Positions 39,289 to 50,900 of a DNA stretch of 64,000 nucleotides are shown here, one piece after another. The translations under genes and the position numbers were made by a program. The stretch covers positions 74,271 to 138,270 of the forward strand of contig CAWBHS010000099.1 of assembly GCA_963788655.1 (NCBI GenBank), read 5' to 3'. Position 1 is the stretch's first letter. Each line of letters starts with the position of its first letter. The DNA is from an uncultured Verrucomicrobiae bacterium (GTDB lineage: Bacteria; Verrucomicrobiota; Verrucomicrobiia; Limisphaerales; JAFGQR01). The notes under the pieces are model-generated. The model did not search any database. It was not told where the DNA came from and was given only the letters and a program-made list of their open reading frames with translations.

Positions 39289-39563
39289 GAGCCTGTTTTA
39301 AAATTCGGCGTGGTCCTGTTTTCGCGGAAAAGGCCGGCTGGCGGCGTTGCGAACGCGCATACAGACCGCTGCGGTCGTATGCGAGTTCGTAGCGCGTCGC
39401 CAGCCGGCCTTTTCCGCGAAAACCCGAAGGGCGGCGGGTCTTTTGAACGCGGGCTTCGTTGGCTCGATCCTTACAGCCCGCTGCGGGGATGCGCGGACCT
39501 CGCCGCCTCGCCCGCGTCCAAAATCCCTCGCCGCAGGACCTCGCCCAATTTTAAAACAGGCTC
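39289..39563. mobile_element. 275-bp MITE with 17-bp TIRs and TTA target-site duplication
   Basis: GAGCCTGTTTTAAAATT (39289-39305) / AATTTTAAAACAGGCTC (39547-39563), TTA on both sides, no transposase. Confidence 0.88.
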
Positions 39564-39875
39564 TTAGCTGTGACTATGCAATGGCGTATCGGGAGCGCGC
39601 TCGCCTCGGGCGTTGCCCACCGGTGCCCTCGCCGGTTGGCCCGGTGCCTGAGTGGTCACTGAATCGTGAGCCACCTGGGGGGCGGAAGTGGTTGGCGAGG
39701 CGCCAACCACGGCGCCCGAGGCGGGCGCGCTCTCCCTGTTCAAACTGAATCGTTACGGGTTTGCGGCGATAATCGCGGTGCGCAACACTGCGTATGCCAG
39801 CTTGTAGCGAATTCGGTGGAAGAATTGGATTGTCATTTTCCCGGCAGGTCGAATAGTGTCTTCCACCCTGAGTTC

Positions 39876-41006
39876 ATGAGCCGCGACAATCTGTTGATCT
39901 TTGCCGACAGTGAACGCGACGCCAACATGCTTTATGCCGTAGGCATGTTCGTGCCGGATCCCTTCATCTATCTGTCTGTCCAGGGCAAAGGCCACTTGGT
40001 GTTGAATGACCTCGAAATGGACCGGGGCCGCCAGGGCGCCCGTCATTGCCGGGTGGTTTCCTTGAACCAATGCTTGCGCACCCTGCGCAACGACGGCGTG
40101 GAAAATCCAACCCTGGCGCACGTCATTCACTGGCTGCTCAAAAGCCGGCGACTGAAGAAGGTCTTCGTGCCGGATAATTTCCCGCTGGCGCTGGCGCGGG
40201 AACTGCGCCGACTCAACGTCCGTTTGAAACTCAGAAACCACCCGTTTTTTCCGGAGCGCGCCGTCAAGTCCGCCGAGGAATTGAAAAAGATCAGCGCCGC
40301 GTTGATGATGGCGGAAGTGGGGCTGGCGGAAGGCATTCAGGCGGTGAAGAATTCGAAGGTCGGCAAGAACCGACGCTTGCTTTACCACAGTGTGCCACTG
40401 ACCTCCGAAAAATTGCGGGGCATCATCGACACGGCCATCATCCAGGTGGGCGGTCTGCCGGCACACACCATTGTCGCCGGCGGTCGGCAGGCTTGCGACC
40501 CGCACGAGGAAGGCCATGGGGCTTTGCGCGCCAACGAACCGATTGTGCTGGATGTGTTTCCCCGTTCCCAGCGGACCGGCTATTTCGGCGACATCTCCCG
40601 TACCGTCATCAAAGGTCGCGCGACCGAAGCGCTGCGCCGCATGTATCACACGGTCGAACGCGCCCAGGAAGTGGCCTTTCAACAGCTCCACGAAAAAGTG
40701 GCCGGCCAGGCAGTGCATCGTAGGGTCCAGGAGTTCTTCAAAAAAGAAGGTTATCCCACCCGCAAGCGGAACGGCCGAATGCAGGGATTCTTCCACGGCA
40801 CCGGGCACGGAGTGGGTCTGGACATCCATGAGCCACCGCATCTCGGGGCCAATTCACCGGATGTGCTGCGAGTCGGGCATGTGGTTACGGTGGAACCTGG
40901 GCTTTACTATACGGAATTGGGCGGTGTCCGCTTGGAAGATATGGCGTGGCTGACACCCAAAGGCGTGCGGAACCTCACGAAATTTGAAAAGACCTTCGAG
41001 GTCTGA
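39876..41006 (+). CDS. Xaa-Pro peptidase (M24 family)
   Basis: DPH, LDVFP, YFGDISRT, FHGTGHGVGLDIHE, TVEPGLY, GVRLED. Confidence 0.94.
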   Translation: MSRDNLLIFADSERDANMLYAVGMFVPDPFIYLSVQGKGHLVLNDLEMDRGRQGARHCRVVSLNQCLRTLRNDGVENPTLAHVIHWLLKSRRLKKVFVPDNFPLALARELRRLNVRLKLRNHPFFPERAVKSAEELKKISAALMMAEVGLAEGIQAVKNSKVGKNRRLLYHSVPLTSEKLRGIIDTAIIQVGGLPAHTIVAGGRQACDPHEEGHGALRANEPIVLDVFPRSQRTGYFGDISRTVIKGRATEALRRMYHTVERAQEVAFQQLHEKVAGQAVHRRVQEFFKKEGYPTRKRNGRMQGFFHGTGHGVGLDIHEPPHLGANSPDVLRVGHVVTVEPGLYYTELGGVRLEDMAWLTPKGVRNLTKFEKTFEV

Positions 41007-41353
41007 CGCGGATTTTTTGCACCCCGATCACAGGATCGACAAGCGGTAGCCGCCAGTAATAGCTGCCAAATCAAAGAGGCCAACCCCATGATCCTCGCGC
41101 GTATTCCGCTTCCTTACATCTACAGCTACGACGAGTGCGAAACATCCAATCCAAGCGGCCATGCCGGCGAAAATTCTGGCACACCCAAGGCCATTGTGGC
41201 ACACGCTGACCGCCGGGCAAGATTTGCAACCCATTCAAACTCAACTATCATGTCTCCGGCATGCCGCCCGCTTAAGCGAAGAGTCGAGATCGCGTTGCGG
41301 AACGTGGTTTTGGCCCAAATGCGGCCAAGCACAATGTTGATGACACAGAGATT

Positions 41354-42035
41354 ATGATATTTGGAGAATATTGGTTTTGGTTTGTTATTCCCGGCTTGAT
41401 TCTGGGTCTGGCCGCCCAATTCAAGTTGATGTCCACGTACAAGCATTACGTGCGTGTCCCGACAGAAAGTGGGATTAGCGGCGCGGAAGCGGCACGGGAA
41501 ATTCTGGATCGTGCCGGATTGCACAATGTGCCCGTTAATGAGATACGGGGGCAACTGACGGATCATTACGACCCGATCAAGAAGGCCCTGTTCCTTTCGT
41601 CGGAGAACTTTCATGGACGTTCGTTGGCTGCGGTTGGCGTTTCGGCGCACGAAGCCGGGACATGCCTTGCAGCACAAGGCGGCGTACGCGCCATTGAACT
41701 GGCGCATGGCGATGGTGCCGATCACGCAATTCGCCAGTTTTGCCTGGTCGGGGATTCTGCTGCTCGGTTTGTTTACCGGGATGTTTTACCAATTCCTGGG
41801 TATTGGGGTGGCCATCTTTGCCGTATTGACGGTGTTTCAACTGATCACCCTGCCCGTCGAGTTCAACGCCAGCAGCCGGGCCAAACAACAACTGGTGCGC
41901 CTGGGATTGGTGTCTGGACGAGAATCACGCGGGGTCAGCAAAGTGCTCAATGCCGCAGCCATGACTTATGTGGCCGCGATGGTGACCACGATCCTGCAGT
42001 TGCTGTATTTGATTCTGCTCTCGCGAAATCGGTGA
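41354..42035 (+). CDS. YugP-like membrane zinc metallopeptidase (frameshifted at about 41658)
   Basis: LTDHYDP...AHEAG|HALQH...TLPVEFNASSRA...AAAMTYVA. One extra base in GGGA; the corrected ORF is 226 aa. Confidence 0.9.
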
Positions 42036-42087
42036 TCCGTCAGCAGAGCGTTGTCGAAGCCGCCGGCCTTCGCTACGTTGTCGGTGA

Positions 42088-43446
42088 ATGAATTCTGTCA
42101 CGTGGCGTTGGCTTTTTCGAACACCGGTTGGTTGCTGTCGAGTTAGTTTGATCGGCGTCTGGCTGCTGGTGGTATTGGCCGGCGAAGCACCCGGCGCCGT
42201 CCCTCAGGTGGTCATTATCACTCCGCACGTCGAAGCCATTCGCGTGGAGTTCGGACGCGGATTTGCCGACTGGCACCAGCGGTACTTCGGAAAACCGGCC
42301 CATGTCGAATGGCGCTACCTCGGCGGCACCTCGGATTCGCTGCGGTTCGTGCGGTCGGAATTCAAATCCAAACCCGCCGGCATCGGCATCGATTGTTTTT
42401 TTGGCGGTGGCCAGGAACCGTTCCTCATTTTGGCGGAAGACGAACTGGCGCTGCGTTACCAGCCGCCGCCGGAAATCATCGACGGCATTCCGCAGAACAT
42501 CAACGGCGTGGATGTTTATGATCCCAATTACACGTGGTTTGGGACGGTGATTTCGAGCTTCGGTATCTTGCAGAACGTCCGGGTGCAAGCCGTCATGCAG
42601 TTGCCGTTTGTTCATCGTTGGAGCGAGCTGACGCAACCGGCCCTCGCGGGATGGGTGGGCGCCGGCGATCCTCGCCGCAGTGGCACCATGGCGGTCATGT
42701 TCGAGGCCTTCCTCCAGTATTACGGTTGGGAACGCGGTTGGCAGGTATTGACGCAAATTGCCGGTAACGTGCGTCAGTTTGACCGCGCCTCCAGCACCAC
42801 CGCCAAAGACGTGACCCTGGGAGAAACGGCGTACGGTTTCGCCATCGATTTCTATGGGATCAGTCAGGTGGCTTACGCCGGGCGGACCAATTTGACGTTT
42901 GCCCTCGCCCAGGATTTCACGGCGCTGAATCCGGATTGCATTGCCATTCTCAAGGGCGCGCCGAATTTGAAAACGGCCCAGCGGTTCGTGAATTTCGTAT
43001 TATCGGAGGAAGGACAAAAGCTTTGGTTCCTGCCGCAGGGACATCCGGAAGGACCGAAGACCCATTCGATCGAACGAATGCCGGTGCGTCCCGATCTTTA
43101 CCAACGCTATCGCACCGAGAGCAACATCGAGTTCTCGCCTTTCGACTTGAAGCAGACGTTCCGTTACAACGCCGAGTTGAGCAAGGCGCGTCGCAGCGTG
43201 GTGGCGGACTTGGTGGGAGCGTTGTTCGTGGATACTCACACGGAACTGCAAGCCGCCTGGCGCCGTCTGATTCAACGCCAACTTCCGGAAGCTGACTTGG
43301 TCGAATTCGGCCGGGTGCCGGTGACTGAGAAAGAAGCCCTGACCCTGGCCACCGGCGCGTGGAAAGACCCTGCGCTGCGCAACGCGAAACGAATCGAATG
43401 GCAGAGTGGGGCGCAGGATAAATACCGCAAACTGGCAGCGCCGTGA
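42088..43446 (+). CDS. ABC transporter substrate-binding protein (Fe3+/thiamine/polyamine-like family)
   Basis: VIITPH, DCFFGGG, GDPRRSGT, AILKGAPN..AQRFVNFVLSEEGQ. Confidence 0.88.
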   Translation: MNSVTWRWLFRTPVGCCRVSLIGVWLLVVLAGEAPGAVPQVVIITPHVEAIRVEFGRGFADWHQRYFGKPAHVEWRYLGGTSDSLRFVRSEFKSKPAGIGIDCFFGGGQEPFLILAEDELALRYQPPPEIIDGIPQNINGVDVYDPNYTWFGTVISSFGILQNVRVQAVMQLPFVHRWSELTQPALAGWVGAGDPRRSGTMAVMFEAFLQYYGWERGWQVLTQIAGNVRQFDRASSTTAKDVTLGETAYGFAIDFYGISQVAYAGRTNLTFALAQDFTALNPDCIAILKGAPNLKTAQRFVNFVLSEEGQKLWFLPQGHPEGPKTHSIERMPVRPDLYQRYRTESNIEFSPFDLKQTFRYNAELSKARRSVVADLVGALFVDTHTELQAAWRRLIQRQLPEADLVEFGRVPVTEKEALTLATGAWKDPALRNAKRIEWQSGAQDKYRKLAAP

Positions 43447-43518
43447 ACGCCAGCTCGGGGCTTCCCGGCTCATTTTGCTTTGCTCGGCGTGGGGAATGCC
43501 GTTTGATCGGGCGCGGCA

Positions 43519-44574
43519 ATGCGCGTGCAAATCCAAAACCTGACCAAGAAATTCGGCGACACCACGGCGCTTCAGAATGTCTCGGTCGAAATCCAATCCC
43601 AGGAACTGTTCTTTCTGCTGGGCCCGTCTGGGTGCGGGAAAACCACGCTCCTACGGTTGATCGCTGGTTTTTATCAACCGGAGGCGGGCCAAATTCTTTT
43701 TGGCGACAAGCCCATGGCGGGGGTGCCACCGCATCGGCGGAACACGGGCATGGTGTTTCAAAATTACGCGCTTTGGCCCCATCTGACTGTGGCGGAGAAT
43801 GTCGCCTACGGTTTGGAAGCGCGGGCGGTACCGGAAGCGGAGCGTAAACAGCGCGTGGCCGAGGCGTTGGCGATTGTCCAGATGGATTCTTATGCTGGTC
43901 GGACGCCCAATCAGCTTTCCGGCGGACAGCAACAACGCGTGGCCTTGGCCCGGGCGCTGGTGATCAAACCGGATGTCCTGTTGTTGGACGAGCCGTTGTC
44001 CAACCTCGACGCCAAACTGCGTCTGGAAATGCGGGAGGAAATTCGCCGTATTCACGCGCAAACTCGGATTACCACCATCTACGTGACGCACGATCAAAAG
44101 GAAGCCCTGAGCCTGGCTGATCGAATGGCCGTCCTGCGGGATGGGGTGGTGGAACAAGTGGGCGATCCCCGGACCATTTACCGAACGCCGGCCAACCACT
44201 TCGTGGCCGACTTTATTGGCGAAACCAATTGGTTGAATGCGGAGGTGTTGACGGGAACGCCGGGTGAATTGCGCCTGCAAACCGAATTGGGAATTTTCCA
44301 AGCCGCTGCCAGGCCGGAACTGACGACTGGGACCAAAGTCCGGGCCGGATTTCGGCCGGAAGCGGTGGTCATTGGATCGGCCAACGTGAATTGTTTTCAG
44401 ACCACCATTGTGCAGGTGAGTTACCTGGGCGAGATCGAGCAATACGTTCTGGAAGTGGCGCCGGGAAAAACGATCAAGGCGTTCGAGCAGAATCCGCTCG
44501 AGATTCGGCGGGTGGGCACGGTCTTCACCGTCCACGTGCGGCCGCAAGATTTACTGGTACTGCCGCGACGTTAG
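43519..44574 (+). CDS. ABC transporter ATP-binding protein (FbpC/PotA-like, TOBE domain)
   Basis: [42 protein letters not shown]. Confidence 0.94.
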   Translation: MRVQIQNLTKKFGDTTALQNVSVEIQSQELFFLLGPSGCGKTTLLRLIAGFYQPEAGQILFGDKPMAGVPPHRRNTGMVFQNYALWPHLTVAENVAYGLEARAVPEAERKQRVAEALAIVQMDSYAGRTPNQLSGGQQQRVALARALVIKPDVLLLDEPLSNLDAKLRLEMREEIRRIHAQTRITTIYVTHDQKEALSLADRMAVLRDGVVEQVGDPRTIYRTPANHFVADFIGETNWLNAEVLTGTPGELRLQTELGIFQAAARPELTTGTKVRAGFRPEAVVIGSANVNCFQTTIVQVSYLGEIEQYVLEVAPGKTIKAFEQNPLEIRRVGTVFTVHVRPQDLLVLPRR

Positions 44575-44726
44575 GCATTTAACTTGCGTTTAACCATTGA
44601 TTCGCGTCGGCGAGAAACCGATAGGATGGATGAAGTCGGTCGCCAGCAAGTCCTGGAGCGTTTGCTCACGGATTTAATTTGCTTGCGCATCAATGCCGGC
44701 GACGCCTAGGTACTGGGAAACAAAAT

Positions 44727-45774
44727 ATGGTCGTGCGAAAAAAGAAGACGGGGAAAGTTAAAGTCAAGGCGGCGGCGCGCAACACCGCGCGTTCGGGACC
44801 GGCTTCTTCGCGCCGTAAAGACCCCGCCAAGAGCAAGCAGACGGTGCCGGCGGTGGAGGTATTCCCGGAACCGATGGCCCCAAAGAAAAAGCCCTCGGCG
44901 TCTTCCGAAACGGAGCATTACACCCTGCCGCCCGAGCGGACCCGGGCGTATGATGCCGACACGGCCATCAAGCTGTATCTGCGAGAAATCGGCCAGGTGC
45001 GGTTGCTGACTCCCGAAGAAGAAATCGAACTGGCGGCGCGCATCAAGAAGGGCGACAAGCGCGCTCGCGAACAGATGATCAAGGCCAACCTGCGCCTGGT
45101 CGTCAAGATCGCCCACGATTACGAGGGCTTCGGATTGCCGCTGCTGGATTTGATCAGCGAGGGCAACATCGGACTGATGAAAGCCGTCGAACGGTTTGAT
45201 CCGTCCAAAGGCGGCAAACTCTCCACTTACGGTTCGTGGTGGATCAAGCAGTCCATCAAACGCGCCCTCGCCAACCAGTCCAAAACCATCCGCTTGCCGG
45301 TGCATCTGGTGGACAAAATCTCGAAGATGCGGCGCATCGCGATGCGCTTGCAGGAGGAATTTGGCCGCGAACCGACTGACGAGGAATTGGCTGAAGAATT
45401 GGGGATGACGTCCACCCGGGTGGCCGCAGATGCGGACGGCGGCAATTCGCCCGGCCTCGCTCGATGCGCCCATCGGCGACGAAGACTCGAACAACTTCTC
45501 CGAAATCGTCCAGGACGAAAGCGCCGAAACGCCCTACGAGCAGCTCGAGGACAAAACTGTCACGAACATGCTGCAGGAAATGGTCACGACCCTCGACCCT
45601 CGCGAAGCCACCATTCTGCGGTATCGATTCGGTCTGGACGGCGGGACGGAGAAGACCCTCGAGGAAGTGGGCGAGAAATTTGGCGTGACGCGCGAGCGGG
45701 TGCGGCAGATTCAGAACATTGCGCTCAACAAGCTCCGCAAAATGATCGAAAAACTCGAAGCCGTTCAAAAGTAA
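44727..45774 (+). CDS. RpoD/SigA-family sigma-70 factor lacking region 1.1 (frameshifted at about 45425)
   Basis: Regions 1.2-3 ([28 protein letters not shown]) in one frame; SLDAPIG and region 4 ([20 protein letters not shown]) in another. One extra base in GTGGCCGCAG; the corrected ORF is 348 aa. Confidence 0.92.
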
Positions 45775-45788
45775 CTCTCTCCCGATTG

Positions 45789-46325
45789 ATGCACCCGACT
45801 GCCCCGACCACCGCCGAAATCCAAGACGGGATTCGCAACGTTCCCGATTTTCCGCAACCCGGCATTCAATTCAAAGACATCACCCCCGTCCTGGCGGACC
45901 CGCGCCTGTTTGCCGGCAGCATCGACTTGCTGGCGGGTGATTTCCAGCCCGGACAGGTGGATGCGGTGGTGGGCATTGATGCGCGCGGTTTTATTTTTGC
46001 CGCCGGCGTGGCGCTGAAATTGGAGGCGGGTTTTGTGCCGGTGCGCAAACAGGGCAAATTACCCTACCAGACGTTCGAGCAAAGCTACGCCTTGGAATAT
46101 GGAGAGAACACCATCGCCATTCATGTGGATGCCTTCAAACCCGGCAGCCGGGTGTTGCTGATTGACGATCTGCTGGCCACCGGCGGAACCGCCCGGGCGG
46201 CGGCGCAGTTGGTCGAAAAAGCCGGGGGCAAAATCCTGGGCGTGAACTTCCTCATCGAACTGGCCTTTCTCCAAGGGCGGGAGAAATTGAAAGCCTATCC
46301 GCTGCGATCGCTGGTGGTTTTTTAG
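45789..46325 (+). CDS. apt: Adenine phosphoribosyltransferase
   Basis: PDFPQPGIQFKDIT, DARGFIF, RKQGKLP, IDDLLATGGT. Confidence 0.96.
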   Translation: MHPTAPTTAEIQDGIRNVPDFPQPGIQFKDITPVLADPRLFAGSIDLLAGDFQPGQVDAVVGIDARGFIFAAGVALKLEAGFVPVRKQGKLPYQTFEQSYALEYGENTIAIHVDAFKPGSRVLLIDDLLATGGTARAAAQLVEKAGGKILGVNFLIELAFLQGREKLKAYPLRSLVVF

Positions 46326-46597
46326 GCACCGTCGTTCGGACCATGGCCCAAACGGGTTTGCCTACGCCCGTTCAAGGGTGCGCCCACAAGTCCGCCCTGG
46401 CAGGCCGGCATGGGCTAACCCCGCAATGCTTTTGTCATTCCGCCTCTGTCTCGAGCAAGGGCGGGATCAAATTATCGGCAACTTCGGTCGTCCTCAATTT
46501 TCGCCTGGCGTGATCAGATTCGGTCTCCGGCCTGAGTGGTGGTTGGTTCTCGAATTTGTTTTGTCACGTGTAATCGCCAGAGTTAGAATTCCACGCA

Positions 46598-47851
46598 ATG
46601 ACATCAATCCGCCTGTTCATAATGAATTCGCCTCTGGTTTCCTCAACTGTACTCACTTCGCTGCTGCTGGGCACCACGCTCCAGGCCGGCGAGGTCAATG
46701 TCGCATCCAACTGGAAAGTCGGCACCCCCATTGTCACTTACTGGTGCGGGCCTTCGCTTGACGACCGGGCGGCACAACAGATGGCCGAAGGTGGTTTCAA
46801 CCTCGTCTGGTGCGGCGAAGGCCAGCTTGCGGTCGCTCACCAGCACGGCCTGCGGGCGCTGCTTACGGACGAGCTGCTCTCACCCGCGTCACTCGACAAT
46901 CCCGCGCAACTCGAAAAGCTCGACGCCCTCATTGACCGCGTTCGCCAGCATCCGGCGTTGTATGCCTATTACCTCCTCGACGAGCCGAGCGCCGCGCAGT
47001 TTCCCGCGCTGGGCCGGCTGGTGGCGCACCTGCGCGAACGCGACCCCGCGCACCTGGCCTACATCAACTTGTTCCCCACCTATGCGAACAACCAGCAACT
47101 GGGCACCCAGGGCGACACGGCGACAGCTTATCAAAAATATCTACAGCAATACGTCGAGATCGTGAAGCCCGCGCTCATCAGCTACGACCACTATCAATTC
47201 CGGATCAAGGACGACAGCCAGCAGTATTTCCTCAACCTGTCGCTGATTCGCCGCGCGGCGCAGGACGCGGGCGTGCCGTTTCTCAACATTGTCCAGGCTT
47301 GCACCTGGGCACCGGATTCGATGCGCGTGCCCAATCCGGACGAACTGCGTTACCTGGTCTCCACCACCGCCGCCTATGGCGCGCAGGGAATCAGTTACTA
47401 CGTTTATGCGTGTGCCAATCACAAGGGCAGCATCGTTGGTCTGGACGGAACGCCCGGACCGCTTTACCAGGCGCTCAAATCGTAAGATCCTGAATTCGTC
47501 GCCCTGGCGAAGGAACTGCAACCATTGCCCTCGCTCGCGGTCTTTCACACGTCAATGCAGGAGTCTGGCTGTCAACCGCTGCCGGCCGGCGCCCCGTTTC
47601 GGGTGGCAGCCTCGGCGCCACCGCTCAAGCCGCGTGGTTTGTTGCTCGGCTACTTTGGCGCGCAGGGTAAACCGACGCATGTGGTGGTCGTGAACCTGGA
47701 TTACACGACCGAAATCAACACGGCACTGGCGGGGCCAACTAACCTGGAATCATTCGATGCCGCCAACGCCAAATGGAGCCCGGTGGGCAAATCAGAAATG
47801 GCGTTGCACCTGTTACCGGGGGGCTGTCGGTTGGTGCGAGTGGCTCAATAA
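46598..47851 (+). pseudogene. Secreted glycoside-hydrolase-like TIM-barrel protein interrupted by an in-frame TAA (47483-47485)
   Basis: HPALYAYYLLDEPS, YINLFP and ISYDHY motifs. ORFs 46598-47485 and 47525-47851 share a frame and read continuously across the stop. Confidence 0.65.
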
Positions 47852-47900
47852 GCAGACGGTTGCCAGTGCGCAAGCACCGTCCATCAGTTGCCCCAGCCAA

Positions 47901-50900
47901 TCATTCAACCAGCCGCACACGGTAGAAGCGTTGACCGCTTGGAGATACTTGCTCCGTTGCTTGCGCGGTGAGGTCTGTCGCTGTAACGTCGCCACCTGCC
48001 GCGGTCCACGCCGGTTGAGCAAGATCGACGGTGTATTCCACTCGATAAACCCGGCCCGGTGCAGCATCCCAACGAAGCGATACTAGGCCACCAGCCGCAA
48101 CGGTGATTCGCACCGCCGGTGGCGTTTGGTTGGTATCCATCGGCAAGCCTTGTTGGTCGGGCACATATTGGATTTGATCCACCCAGCCCCGGTCCAAGCC
48201 GGCGGTGATTTGATCGTTTTTCGAGTAACGCCATTTGAGCAATTGCACGCCGGCGGGCACGGGAAACGTTTGGAATTCCCAGTCCACTTCGCCGGAAATG
48301 CGAATCTGTTCGGTGCTACCGACGTAGAATCGCAATTGATCCTTGTCGGGTTCGCTGGACACTCGCCACCAAAAACTCACGGTGCCCGGCCCCATGATAA
48401 ACGTTTCCAACCGCGTGTTCTCGCCCGGACCAATCACCCCGCTGCGAGCGGCATCCATCCCGTCATGCATCACGTCGGTTTCCGCGATCCACGAAGCAAA
48501 TCCGGCCATCTGCCAGTGGATGGACGGCGCATCCACCGCTTCGCCCAGCGTGAGCAATGTGAGTTGCGCTGCCGGGCTGGTTACGCTGCCAACCTCGTTA
48601 CTGATCAGCACCGAATAGGTGCCGGCCTGAAAAGGTTGGACATTGACCAGCACCAACCTCGCGGTAGTGGCGCCACTCACGTTCGTGCCATCCACCAAAT
48701 TCGTGCCGTCGAATTGCCAATGGAAACTCAACGGGGCGGAACCCGTGACGCCAACGTCGAAATTCACGGTGTCGCCTTCGCCCGCGATCTGCGTTACCGG
48801 CGGGCTGGTGATTTCCGGCGCGACTGGATTGCCGGTGAAGAAGAATTGGATCTGGTCCACCCACGCACGGTCCTGGCCGCCGGTGGTGCGGTTGTTCTTC
48901 GAATAGCGCCACTTCAACAATTGATCGCCTACCGGTACTTCATACGTTCGATATTCCCAGTCCACCTCGCCGGAAATGCGCACCTGTTCAACGTCGCCGA
49001 TGTAAAAACGCAATTGATCGTTGTCCGGCTCACTGGAGACCTTCCACCAAAAGCTCACCGTGCCGGGGCCGGTAACGTGCGTTTCCAGCCGCGTGTTTTG
49101 GCCATCGACAATCGCCCCGCTGCGGGCGGCATCCTCGCCGTCGTGGGAAACCGTCGGTTGCCCCACCCAGGACGCATCGCCCGCGCCGGCCCACTCCCAT
49201 CCCGGCGTATCCACCGCTTCGGCCAAGGGCAGGAGGCGAATGACGGTCAACCGCACATCCGCACTGAGGACGCTGCCCACGGCGTTGACGACTTGAACCG
49301 AATAGAGGCCCGCATCGGCGGCTTGCACATTGGCAAGCCGCAGGGTGGGCGTGTGGCTGCCGCTGACCGAGCCAACGTCACCGAGCGTGAGGCCGTTGCG
49401 CCGCCAAAGGTAGTTCAAGGGCGGTGTGCCGTTCGCTTGCACGCTGAAGGTGACCGTCGCGCCTTCGTCCACGGTCGTGTTTTGCGGCTGACCGGTGATC
49501 GCCGGAAGCTGCGGCGCGAATTGCACCTCGTCCACCCAGGCACGGTCCTGCCCGGCGGTGCGACTGCCATTCTTCGAATAGCGCCATTGGACCGTATGGC
49601 TGCCGGCGGGAATGTTAAACGTCCGTGGCACCCAATCCACTTCGCCGGAAATTTCGGTTGGGCTCGAACCATCGAGGTAGAAACGCAACCGGTCGTTGTT
49701 CGGTTCCGAAGAAACTTTCCACCACCAACTGAGAGTTCCCGGTCCCACTACCGTCGCTTGAAACCGGGTGTCCCGGCTGTTGCCAATGCTGCCGCTGCGC
49801 GCGGCATCCACTCCATCGTGCGTTACCTGCGTCTGGCCCACCCACGTCGGCGAGCCGCTGACCGACCAATTCCAATCCAGCGCGTCCAAAGCCTCCGCCA
49901 GCGGTACCAGCGGGAAAATCGTCAAAACGGCATTGGAACTAACGACCAGCGCAGCCGCGTTGCTGACGGTCAGCGAGTATGTTCCAGCCTGTGCCGGCGT
50001 GACATTGGCCAGACGCAATGTCGCCGTGGTGGCGCCACTCACCGAACCACCGTTGCTCAGGTTGACGCCGTTGCGCCGCCATTGATACGAAAATGGCGAC
50101 GTGCCGGTGGCATGCACGGAGAATGTAACCGTTTCGCCTTCTTCGACACTTTGACTGGCCGGTTGCTGGGTAATGGTCGGTGGAATCGTCGGTACGTACG
50201 ACACCTGGTCCAGCCAGCCCCGGTCCTGGCCGCTGGTCAAGAGCAGGTCTTTGCGGTAGCGCCATTCCAACAATTGGAGGCCGAGCGGAATGTCAATGGT
50301 TGCCTGTTGCCAACTCACATTGCCATAGATGCTCGCCCGCATCACGTTCCCGACGTAGAATCGCAACTGGTCGTTGGTGGCCTGCGAGGAAACGCTCCAC
50401 CAGAAACTGATCCGCCCCGGACCGGCGATGGTGGTTTGCAACAACGTTTCACCGGTCGGAGGAATGGGGCCGCTCTGCGCCGCATCCACCCCGTCGTGGG
50501 TCGTGCTGGTTTGGACTGTCCAGATGGAATCTCCCTTGGTGATCCAACCCGAACTCCACACGCTGTTGGACGGCGTGCCCCAACCGGTGGTTTCAAGCGC
50601 ATCGGCAAACGGGCTCCCGGTCAACACTGTCAAAACGGCATTGGAACTGATGGCCCGGCCACCATCGTTTTCCGCGATGGCCGAATAAGCGCCGCTCTGG
50701 GCGGGTTGGACGTTGGTGAGGATCAGCTTGCTCGAGGTGACGCCACCAATCGTCGCGCTATTGGTCAAGTTCACACCATTAAACCGCCACTGGTTCTGGA
50801 CAATCGGCGTGTTGGTGACACTCGCGTGGAACGTGACATTGGCGCCGGTGTCGGCAGTCAGGCTATCAGGATGCCCGCTGACCTTCGGCGCCGTCGATCC

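Noticed and set aside
44679..46325. 548-aa ORF that looks like a sigma factor-Apt fusion
   Set aside because: Artefact of the +1 frameshift at about 45425. Sigma region 4 lies in another frame ending at 45774, and apt has its own ATG at 45789.
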